Shown one piece after another: positions 50,104 through 58,093 of a stretch of DNA of 64,000 nucleotides. How positions within the stretch are numbered: the first letter of the stretch is position 1; each line of letters opens with the position of its first letter. Under the pieces are notes generated by a model that had not been told where the DNA came from, searched no databases, and was given only the letters and a program-made list of their open reading frames with translations. Where the stretch lies: the NCBI GenBank assembly GCA_035627655.1, contig DASPLI010000001.1:398217-462216 (forward strand), written 5' to 3'. This DNA comes from Minisyncoccota bacterium (lineage in GTDB: Bacteria; Patescibacteriota; Minisyncoccia; Phycocordibacterales; Phycocordibacteraceae). The position numbers were made by a program, and so were the translations under genes.

Positions 50104-51886
50104 CTTTTCCATAATTGCACACATCGATCACGGCAAGTCCACGCTTGCCGACCGTTTGCTTGAACGAACAGGCACGATTGAGGCGCGCAAAATGCGCGAC
50201 CAGGTGCTCGACTCCATGGAGCTTGAGCGCGAGCGCGGCATCACCATCAAGATGCAGCCGGCCCGCATGCGCTATACCGCAACCAACGGCGAAGCGTACA
50301 CCCTTAACCTTATCGATACGCCCGGGCATATCGACTTTGCGTACGAAGTGTCCCGCGCACTTTCCGCCGTCGAAGGCGTGATTCTTCTGGTCGATTCGAC
50401 TCAGGGCGTACAGGCGCAGACGCTTACAACGTTGTCTATGGCCAAGGCAGCCGGTTGCGTCATTATTCCCGTCATTTCAAAGATCGACTCGCCCTATGCG
50501 CGTCCCGATGATGTGCGTCTTGAACTTGCGACACTGCTTGATGTTGATGAGAGCACAATTCTTCCCGTGTCTGGCCGAACCGGCGAAGGCGTTGAAGCGC
50601 TGCTTGAAGCGATCGTCGAGCGCGTGCCACCGCCACGAAACGAAGAAAAGAGCGAACCGCGCTCACTCATCTTCGACTTCTCCTACTCCACCCATCGCGG
50701 TGTTGCTGTGTACGTGCGCGTCTTTGACGGAACGATCAAGAAGGGAGACTTACTTGAATTTCGCGCTGCTGGGAAGCGCTTCACCGCGCTTGAGGTGGGA
50801 ACCTTCATGCCTGCGGAAACACCAGTTGAGTCTCTGGGCCCGGGACAGATCGGCTACATCGTAACGGGCATCAAAGAGCCGGGTGTTGTCGCGGTCGGCG
50901 ATACGATTGGTCTTCAGAACGGCTCACTTCCAGCGCTCTCCGGATTTGCTCGTCCGCGTCCAGTGGTGTGGGCATCCATCTATCCCGAAAGTCAGGATGA
51001 TCTGGCCGACCTCAAGCAAGCGCTTGAACGTCTTCGCCTGACCGACTCCTCGCTCTCGTTTGAAGAAGAATCGTCCGGCGTGCTTGGTCGCGGGTTCCGT
51101 TGCGGATTTTTGGGCATGCTTCACTTGGAAATCGTGACCGAGCGACTTCGCCGGGAATTCTCGTTGACGCTCGTCGTGACCATTCCAACGATTGAATACG
51201 TGGTGACCGATAAGAAAGGCAAGACAGAGACGGTGTATACGCCTTCGAAATTTCCGCTCCATGGCGATATTGAATCCATTGAAGAGCCATGGGCAAAGCT
51301 GACACTCATCACGCCGGCTGACTACCTTTCTGGATTGCTCCAGCTCCTGCATGATCACGAGGCGATTGTCGGCGATACGAATGCCTATGCAGATACACGT
51401 ATCGAACTTACCGCTGAAATCCCACTTCGCGAGCTCATGCGTGGCTTCTTTGACCGGGTGAAGAACGTCTCTTCAGGCTATGCCTCGCTCTCCTACGAGC
51501 TTCTCGCGCCGCGACCTGCAGATGTGGTTCGACTGGATATTCTGGTTGCAGAGGAAGAGGTGCCGGCGTTTGCCCGCATCGTCTCTCGTCGCAGGGTCCA
51601 GGAAGAAGGGGAGCGTATGGTGGAGAAGCTGTACGGCATTCTTCCCAAGCAGCTCCATGTAACAAAGATTCAGGCGCAGGCGCTCGGCCGCATCATCTCC
51701 TCACGCACCCTCTCGGCGCTTCGTAAGGACGTGACCGGCTACCTGTATGGCGGCGACGTTTCGCGCAAGCAAAAGCTCCTCCAGAAGCAGAAAAAGGGAA
51801 AGAAATTCCGCTCGCAGTTCGATAAGAACCGTGTTGAGATTCCCGAGGACGTGTTCATGAAAATGGTGCAGGAAAGCGAGCGATAG
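50084..51886 (+). CDS. lepA: Elongation factor 4 (LepA)
   Basis: IRNFSIIAHIDHGKST, GFRCGFLGMLH, RKDVTGYLYGGD. Confidence 0.97.
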   Translation: MTRQIRNFSIIAHIDHGKSTLADRLLERTGTIEARKMRDQVLDSMELERERGITIKMQPARMRYTATNGEAYTLNLIDTPGHIDFAYEVSRALSAVEGVILLVDSTQGVQAQTLTTLSMAKAAGCVIIPVISKIDSPYARPDDVRLELATLLDVDESTILPVSGRTGEGVEALLEAIVERVPPPRNEEKSEPRSLIFDFSYSTHRGVAVYVRVFDGTIKKGDLLEFRAAGKRFTALEVGTFMPAETPVESLGPGQIGYIVTGIKEPGVVAVGDTIGLQNGSLPALSGFARPRPVVWASIYPESQDDLADLKQALERLRLTDSSLSFEEESSGVLGRGFRCGFLGMLHLEIVTERLRREFSLTLVVTIPTIEYVVTDKKGKTETVYTPSKFPLHGDIESIEEPWAKLTLITPADYLSGLLQLLHDHEAIVGDTNAYADTRIELTAEIPLRELMRGFFDRVKNVSSGYASLSYELLAPRPADVVRLDILVAEEEVPAFARIVSRRRVQEEGERMVEKLYGILPKQLHVTKIQAQALGRIISSRTLSALRKDVTGYLYGGDVSRKQKLLQKQKKGKKFRSQFDKNRVEIPEDVFMKMVQESER

Positions 51887-51906
51887 ACTCTTGGTATAGT
51901 AGGTGC

Positions 51907-52257
51907 ATGCGACGAAAGCGCCGTCCACCACGCGACTACATTATTGCGGGCGTTTTGTGTGTGGTCCTTCTTTGGCTTCTCTGGCTCGTCTGGGGCATTT
52001 TCCAGAAAGAAGAGCGCGCTCGTCACGCGGCAGAAGAAGCGCAGGCACAACTTGAAGCGCTCACCGAGCGCGAAGCGACCCTGCGAGCGAATCTTGCAGA
52101 TTTGCGTACTGAACGCGGGCAGGAAGCCTCGTTTCGAGAAACATACGGCGTTGCGCGCCCGGGGGAAGAGGTTATCATCGTGGTACCTCCGGGTGAGGGA
52201 GAGGACTTGGGCGAGCTGCCGTGGTGGCGAACGTTTCTCGGTTGGTTTGGTCTGTAG
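51907..52257 (+). CDS. Septum formation initiator (FtsB/DivIC-like)
   Basis: TM, coiled coil, RETYGVARPGE motif. Confidence 0.8.
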   Translation: MRRKRRPPRDYIIAGVLCVVLLWLLWLVWGIFQKEERARHAAEEAQAQLEALTEREATLRANLADLRTERGQEASFRETYGVARPGEEVIIVVPPGEGEDLGELPWWRTFLGWFGL

Positions 52258-52327
52258 CGGATATAGTTTAGTGGCAGAACTGCTGCTTCCCAAGCAGCAA
52301 GCGGGAGTTCGATTCTCCCTATCCGCA
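52257..52327 (+). tRNA. tRNA-Gly(CCC)
   Basis: Acceptor GCGGATA/TATCCGC, anticodon stem GCTGC/GCAGC, GTTCGATT. Confidence 0.93.
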
Positions 52328-52370
52328 CAAAAAAGAAGGCGCACGAATGAATCGTGCGCCTTCGAAGGTG

Positions 52371-54221
52371 CTAGGAAACGATGCCTTGATCTGCGGCAAT
52401 CTTGCGGAAGGTCGGCGAAGAAGCGAAAAGCTCTTCAAACGATCGGCCGATTGCCTCAATCTGCATATCCTGGCCATCCAATTGTTCAAGCGGACGCAGA
52501 ACTACAAATCGATTACAGAGGTCGCGAACCGTCGAGAGACGGTGCGTGACGATGAGCGCGCCGACGCCGGGTCCCAGGATATCCCGGAGGCCGTCGTGGA
52601 CGAGTCGCTCGGTGGTTGCATCGAGGCTCGACGTCGCTTCGTCGATGATCATGAACTTCGGTCGTTTGATTGCCGCCGCTCCAATCATTAGACGCTGTGC
52701 TTGTCCGCCGGAAAGCTTTATGCCGTTTCTGCCGACAACTGTGTCGAGTCCGTCGGTGAGACGCTCGCCAAAGTCAATCTGCAGGTCGCGTGCAAGCTTC
52801 CAGACTTCCTCGTCGGTAAGTGCCGTCGGATCTTCAAGAGCATAGCGGAGGTTCTCTCCGACCGTGCCGTCAAAGATCTGCGCATGTTGGGGAATGTAGC
52901 CCACCACACGCATCCAGTCGTCTAGGTTGACGTCCCGGAGATCCATTCCATTGACGCAGATGCGTCCACGGTCTGGATCCATATAGCGAAGCGCAAGGCG
53001 CATCAGGGTCGTTTTACCGGCACCTGAGGGGCCAATGAGCGCCGCTTTTTCTCCCGGTTCGATCGAGAAGGAGACGGACGAGAGGATCGGCACGGAGCCG
53101 TTTCCGTTGACGAACCCGTGCCCGACTCCGTCAAACGTGAGCCGGATTGGTTCCTCGGCGGATACGCGTGCCGGATGTTCTGCATGCACGATGTCCGGCG
53201 GCATGAGAAGCGTCTCGCGAAGCTTCTTGACCGACGGAATGTTGCGCATGATGGTTCGAGTCGTGTGCGAGAGCTGGTCAAGCTCCGCTTTCGTCGAGTA
53301 CATGAGCGCAAACGCCGTATACAGTACGCCAACCGCGATCGCTCCGTCTTTGAGAGACAAGAGCGCGGCAAACATGACTAACACAGCGCTCACGTGCATG
53401 AGCCAGCCACGGAACATGAATCCGTCGATGGCTTTGACCCATACGTCACGGTCCATAGTGAGCCACGTGTTGGCTTCCAGGTCGATCCGTTCGAGTTCTC
53501 GAGCGGCCGCGCCAGACGTCTTCACGCGTTCAGCTTTGTCCCAGCGGTCGCGCTGGTAGCGGCGCATAGCGCGCGCTTTCTCGTCGATAACTTCCCCCTG
53601 CTCAATGAGGTGCCGGTTCATCACAATCGTCCAGAGCATATGCACAAGGACGGCGACGCAGGCGATAGTCCCACCAAGCGGGAAGACCGCGATGAGTGCG
53701 ATCGGGAACATGACGAGCATGACGAGTTCCGGGATCAAGTTCATGATCCAGAGCTCGCGCACGAAGAATGCAGCAGCCTGCCCTCGCTCGAGGTTTCCGA
53801 CCGTTAGGCGGGAACCCTCTTGTAGGTGTTGGCCAACCGATTTCTCAAAGAGAAGTGTGGAGATGCGGTCTTCGATGATCCGCATTCCGAGTCCCCAGAG
53901 CCATTCTCGTGCCTGGCCCGCGCAGCGATGGAAGAATTCCTGCGCCAGCGCGAGTACCAATACGAGACCGATGAGCCAATAGGCGGCTTCAAAGTCAGCG
54001 CGTGCCGCGGCCGTAATCACAAGTCCGATGGTGATCGGAAAGATTGCGTTTATGCCGATAGCAAGCGCTAGCCACGCCAAGAACCGAAACCACCAGCGCA
54101 TCAGCTCTGGGGTATTCATGTCGATGGTGACCCATTTGCTGACCGTGAGTGTTTCGTTGAGTGCTTCCCGATATCCGCGTAGCGCGGATAACAGGGAAGT
54201 CTTGGGCATGTCCTGTGCCAT
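52371..54221 (-). CDS. ABC exporter, fused permease and ATPase
   Basis: 6 TM; GPSGAGKT, LSGGQAQR, IIDEATSSLD, THRL. Confidence 0.93.
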   Translation of the reverse strand: MAQDMPKTSLLSALRGYREALNETLTVSKWVTIDMNTPELMRWWFRFLAWLALAIGINAIFPITIGLVITAAARADFEAAYWLIGLVLVLALAQEFFHRCAGQAREWLWGLGMRIIEDRISTLLFEKSVGQHLQEGSRLTVGNLERGQAAAFFVRELWIMNLIPELVMLVMFPIALIAVFPLGGTIACVAVLVHMLWTIVMNRHLIEQGEVIDEKARAMRRYQRDRWDKAERVKTSGAAARELERIDLEANTWLTMDRDVWVKAIDGFMFRGWLMHVSAVLVMFAALLSLKDGAIAVGVLYTAFALMYSTKAELDQLSHTTRTIMRNIPSVKKLRETLLMPPDIVHAEHPARVSAEEPIRLTFDGVGHGFVNGNGSVPILSSVSFSIEPGEKAALIGPSGAGKTTLMRLALRYMDPDRGRICVNGMDLRDVNLDDWMRVVGYIPQHAQIFDGTVGENLRYALEDPTALTDEEVWKLARDLQIDFGERLTDGLDTVVGRNGIKLSGGQAQRLMIGAAAIKRPKFMIIDEATSSLDATTERLVHDGLRDILGPGVGALIVTHRLSTVRDLCNRFVVLRPLEQLDGQDMQIEAIGRSFEELFASSPTFRKIAADQGIVS

Positions 54222-54244
54222 TGTTGCTTCCTTTCTCTACTGAC

Positions 54245-54276
54245 AAAGAACAACCCCGCCTCGTGAGCGGGGTGTT
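54245..54276 (-). terminator. Intrinsic terminator/attenuator upstream of ABC exporter
   Basis: Minus strand AACACCCCGC-TCACGAG-GCGGGGTTGTTCTTT. Confidence 0.7.
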
Positions 54277-54298
54277 TCAGGACACAAGGAATGCTTCC

Positions 54299-54421
54299 TT
54301 ATGTGCTCTGCACACCGCCCACGCCAGGTACCTCGCGAGTCATACGCGAGATACGGGTGTACGCGCCAAGGCGCGCGAAAACGCGCGTCGGGACGTTGAA
54401 CTGGTGTGCAGTGCTCTGCAT
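54299..54421 (-). CDS. Putative 40-aa leader peptide (uORF)
   Basis: MQSTAHQFNVPTRVFARLGAYTRISRMTREVPGVGGVQST; ATG 7 nt after TTGACA-17-TACTAT. Confidence 0.5.
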   Translation of the reverse strand: MQSTAHQFNVPTRVFARLGAYTRISRMTREVPGVGGVQST

Positions 54422-54508
54422 GAGCGGGATAGTACTCCGATCTTCATCATCTGTCAAGTTCTGGGGACAAACAGACATGCTATACTTGCTCTACTAATCA
54501 AAGAATAT

Positions 54509-54766
54509 ATGGACAAGTCAGTCACCATTTACACCACACCAACCTGCCACTTCTGCCAGATGAGCAAGGAGTTCTTCACTGCAAATAACGTGCAGTACAC
54601 CGAGTACAATGTTGCAGCAGATCAGGAGAAGCGCGCTGAAATGATCGACAAGAGCGGCCAGATGGGTGTGCCGGTTATCTTTGTCGGCAGCGAAATGGTC
54701 ATCGGCTTTGATAGGAGGCGCCTCTCGGAGCTTCTTGGCATTGCAGAGAGCGCACCAGCGGTCTAA
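54509..54766 (+). CDS. Glutaredoxin-like protein (NrdH/YruB type)
   Basis: YTTPTCHFC, SGQMGVPVI, IGFD. Confidence 0.92.
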   Translation: MDKSVTIYTTPTCHFCQMSKEFFTANNVQYTEYNVAADQEKRAEMIDKSGQMGVPVIFVGSEMVIGFDRRRLSELLGIAESAPAV

Positions 54767-54831
54767 CGGGAGATACACTGAAACCCTGCCGGCTGATGCT
54801 GGCAGGGTTTCGTGCTAGTCTCTCGCGTATA

Positions 54832-54903
54832 GCCCTCGTAGTTCAATGGATAGAACATCTCACTCCTAACGAGATAATGTAGGTTCGATTCCTACCGAGG
54901 GCA
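54832..54903 (+). tRNA. tRNA-Arg(CCT)
   Basis: Acceptor GCCCTCG/CGAGGGC, loop CT-CCT-AA, GTTCGATT. Confidence 0.9.
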
Positions 54904-55010
54904 CAAAACTTGACTCTTAGTATAAAACGTTCTATTATACCGTTGTTCTAGGCGACCCGTTCGCGTGGGACACGGTCCTTTTCAACAACCAGCGAACAGA
55001 GAGGTGACGG

Positions 55011-55361
55011 GTGAATATCTACCGCCTGTTGGCAAACGCCACATTCTGGTTCCATATGCTTTGGGTGGCAATTCTGCTCGCCGGCCTTCCGTTGAGCGCC
55101 TTCTATCCGTGGTACCGACCAATCCACGGCATAGTAGTGCTGACGACGGTCGCGTCGCAGATTATTTGGCTCGGATGCCCGCTCACCATGATCGAGTGCG
55201 CGTTCCGTGCTAAATACGACCCCAGCACTTCCTTCACGGGATCGTTCGTAACCTACTATCTCAAAAAGTGGTTCAACGTGACGGTCCCCGCAAAGGTTGT
55301 GGTTATTCAGCTGCTTGTGATGTTGGCGCTTTCCATCGTCTTCGTCTTAAAGACCAGCTGA
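55011..55361 (+). CDS. DUF2784-family membrane protein
   Basis: CPLT.IE..FR motif; GAGGTG SD; TTGACT-17-TATTAT promoter at 54910. Confidence 0.8.
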   Translation: MNIYRLLANATFWFHMLWVAILLAGLPLSAFYPWYRPIHGIVVLTTVASQIIWLGCPLTMIECAFRAKYDPSTSFTGSFVTYYLKKWFNVTVPAKVVVIQLLVMLALSIVFVLKTS

Positions 55362-55429
55362 TAGAGAGTCTCGTGTCGATGCGTATCGGCTCGAGACTCT
55401 TCTTGTATATGGTACGTTATACTTTTTTC

Positions 55430-55702
55430 ATGGAACTACATCCACAGAATGATTTACGCGATCTTCTAGAAGAGAATCTCGAAGTTGCGCGAGAGAATAA
55501 CCGGCTTTTGAAAGCCATGCGTCGAGATGCATTGATTGGCAGCATCGTAAAAATGCTGGTCTGGGTCGTATTGATTGGAGCCTCATTCTATTTCTCCATG
55601 CAGTTTTTGGAGCCGTACCTCGGTATGCTTGAGGGCGTCCAGGGGCAGGGAACGGACTGGCAGCAGGTTCTCGAGTTCTATCAAGGCCAGCTCGGGCAAT
55701 GA
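55430..55702 (+). CDS. Hypothetical single-TM protein
   Basis: LLEENLEVARENNRLLKAMRR then TM; TATACT 6 nt upstream. Confidence 0.72.
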   Translation: MELHPQNDLRDLLEENLEVARENNRLLKAMRRDALIGSIVKMLVWVVLIGASFYFSMQFLEPYLGMLEGVQGQGTDWQQVLEFYQGQLGQ

Positions 55703-55739
55703 TGAAAGAAATGGGCTGCTGTGCTACCATGGCGGAAAC

Positions 55740-55812
55740 GCTTGGATAGCTCAGTTGGTAGAGCACTTCCCTGAAGAGGAAGGGGTCCCCGGTTCGAGCC
55801 CGGGTCCAAGCA
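55740..55812 (+). tRNA. tRNA-Phe(GAA)
   Basis: Acceptor GCTTGGA/TCCAAGC, anticodon stem CTTCC/GGAAG. Confidence 0.93.
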
Positions 55813-55816
55813 CCCG

Positions 55817-56905
55817 ATGCAGCTCCCTGCTTTTGTCTCAAGGGCGCTCTCTTTTGCAGCTCGCAACGAGCGTCCGCTTGGTGCGGTCCTCTTTGCCTTC
55901 GGTTTTATCACCGACCTCCTGACGTTCGGCCTCCTGCCGATCGGGATCGTCAATATTTTCTTCCTGAGCTACCTCGCGCTTGCTGCGGTCTGTACATTCG
56001 GGACGCATCTGATTTCTGTCTATAAAGAGCGCGACGTGTGGTGGCGGAAAGTGCTTGCGGTTGTCTTTCCGCTTGGGGCGCAGTATGCGTTCGGCGGTAT
56101 CTTTTCCGGCTTTGTCGTTTTCTACACTAAGAGCTCAGTATTGGCCGTCTCTTGGCCGTTTATCGTGCTGCTCGCACTCGTGTATTTCGGCAACGAATAC
56201 TTTCGCATGCATAAGGCACACCTCGTGTATCAAACGGCGCTCTTCTTCTTTGCGTTTTATGCCTATGCTATTTTTGCGCTCCCGCTCTTCGTGCACACTA
56301 TCGGTCCGTGGGTGTTTCTCGGTAGCACCGCGCTTGCAATAGTGGTCATTGGATTTTTCTTGTGGCTCTTGCGCCGGGTGAATAAGACGCGCTTTTCAGA
56401 AAATGCCCGTTCCATTTTCGCCTCCTGTGGCGTGATCGTTATCTTGGTGTGCGGCTCCTACTTCGGGGGCTTGATACCGCCTATTCCGCTTGCACTCACC
56501 GATGGTGGCGCTTATCACTCACTTATGAAAGTACCGGGCGGCTATCGCGTGGAGACGGAAGCGCCACGGCCCTGGTGGGACATTCGTACGCCCGTGCTGC
56601 ACGTGACGCCGGGATCTCCGGTATACGCCTATAGTGCGGTTGGCGCACCGATCTCGTTCTCAAGTACGGTCGTGCATCGCTGGGAGCACTATCGGCAAGG
56701 TAAGTGGGTGACGGAAGGACGCATCTCGTTTCCTATCTCAGGAGGCAGGGTCGGCGGGTACCGCGGCTACTCGGTCAAAGAGAATCTGGCACCAGGAAAG
56801 TGGATGGTCTCGGTAGAGACGCCGAGCGGACAGGTGATTGGCCGGATTCGGTTCGATATTGAAAACGCCGACCAGCGGCCGGCGCTTCAAGAAGAAATTC
56901 TTTAG
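55817..56905 (+). CDS. DUF2914-domain membrane protein
   Basis: 7 TM then LIPPIPLAL, VVHRW, GGRVGGYRGYS, PGKWMVSVET. Confidence 0.8.
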   Translation: MQLPAFVSRALSFAARNERPLGAVLFAFGFITDLLTFGLLPIGIVNIFFLSYLALAAVCTFGTHLISVYKERDVWWRKVLAVVFPLGAQYAFGGIFSGFVVFYTKSSVLAVSWPFIVLLALVYFGNEYFRMHKAHLVYQTALFFFAFYAYAIFALPLFVHTIGPWVFLGSTALAIVVIGFFLWLLRRVNKTRFSENARSIFASCGVIVILVCGSYFGGLIPPIPLALTDGGAYHSLMKVPGGYRVETEAPRPWWDIRTPVLHVTPGSPVYAYSAVGAPISFSSTVVHRWEHYRQGKWVTEGRISFPISGGRVGGYRGYSVKENLAPGKWMVSVETPSGQVIGRIRFDIENADQRPALQEEIL

Positions 56906-57357
56906 CTTGATTTGACGCGCAACTTCGTCTGGCGAGCGCGATCAAGCTTCGGCAAGACGATCGTCAAAAGGCCATCCTTAGAGGTCGCGGTCGCGCCATC
57001 GACGTCTACTTCCTGGGGAAGCATGACCGTGCGAGAGAAGGCACCCCAAAAGAGTTCCTGATTGAAATAGTCTGGTCCAGATGCTTCGCTGCGCTCTTCG
57101 CGAGAACCCTCGATAACCACCATGTCGCGACTGATGGAGACGTTCATGTCCTCGGGGCGAACGCCAGCAACAAACGTGCGTACGACGATCTCGGTCGGTG
57201 TCTGGTACATGTCGACCGGAAGATGTCCTTCCGTGCGTTCAGGTGCAACTGCAGGAATCTGGCGCTTTGCGTCGTGCGGAGCAAACTCCTCCTCAAATTC
57301 GTAGTCATCGTCAGGAGAGGAGCCGGAAAGTCGCTGCAGAAGGGAACGCTTTTTCAT
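56902..57357 (-). CDS. Hsp20/alpha-crystallin small heat-shock protein
   Basis: VDMYQT, FSRTVMLP, DGLLTIVLPK. Confidence 0.9.
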   Translation of the reverse strand: MKKRSLLQRLSGSSPDDDYEFEEEFAPHDAKRQIPAVAPERTEGHLPVDMYQTPTEIVVRTFVAGVRPEDMNVSISRDMVVIEGSREERSEASGPDYFNQELFWGAFSRTVMLPQEVDVDGATATSKDGLLTIVLPKLDRARQTKLRVKSS

Positions 57358-57366
57358 ATAAAGTTA

Positions 57367-58077
57367 CTAACAAGTATTTTTTGGTAAATTGCGGTCTCGG
57401 AAGTATTTCAGAATCTCAAAGGCCGCAAAGAAGACGATCGCTGCGGTCCAGACCGTGAAGAAGGCGAGGATGGTGTACGAACCACCTTGCTGAATTATAA
57501 AAAAGTTGAAGAGGGCGTGCAATCCGATTGCGAGGATAAGTCCGAATGACGCAGCGAGTACGCGAACCGTTCGACTCGCCTGATAGCTAAACGCGAGCGC
57601 AAAACCAATCGCAGATGAGGCAACAACATGGAGCAGTGTTGCGCCGATAAAGCGGAGGTTGTTGGTGACCAAGCCGGCAAGGAATCTGCCTTGAGAGAGC
57701 GGCTCAAGCAGGAAGAGAGCATTCTCAAGTGCAGCAAAACCAAGCGCAACCGTAAGCATTGTCGCGACGATATCGAGCGGGTTGCGGATGGCGGCTCGTC
57801 GCCAGAGCACTGCAGCGGCAGCGACCAGGTATTTGAGCGTCTCTTCAGCGGTAGCCCACGCGATAATGACGGGAATGCCGCCAGGGAGGAGACGTACCGC
57901 CAAATCTTCAAGCGGGAGAACGAGTGGCACGGCAAGCATACCCACCATGAAGGCGTAGAAGACGACCCAGCGCGGTTGCGGGCAGCGCCCCTCCTCTTTG
58001 AGGAGGAAATAGAGCCAGGCAAGGGCAGGAAGGAGGCCGCCGACGAAGGCATAGCCTATAGTCTCAAGCGGAGGCAT
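57367..58077 (-). CDS. PrsW-family intramembrane metalloprotease
   Basis: AEETLK, LGFAALEN, LLH, GLHALFN. Confidence 0.88.
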   Translation of the reverse strand: MPPLETIGYAFVGGLLPALAWLYFLLKEEGRCPQPRWVVFYAFMVGMLAVPLVLPLEDLAVRLLPGGIPVIIAWATAEETLKYLVAAAAVLWRRAAIRNPLDIVATMLTVALGFAALENALFLLEPLSQGRFLAGLVTNNLRFIGATLLHVVASSAIGFALAFSYQASRTVRVLAASFGLILAIGLHALFNFFIIQQGGSYTILAFFTVWTAAIVFFAAFEILKYFRDRNLPKNTC

Positions 58078-58093
58078 GCCCCTATTCTAGCAG

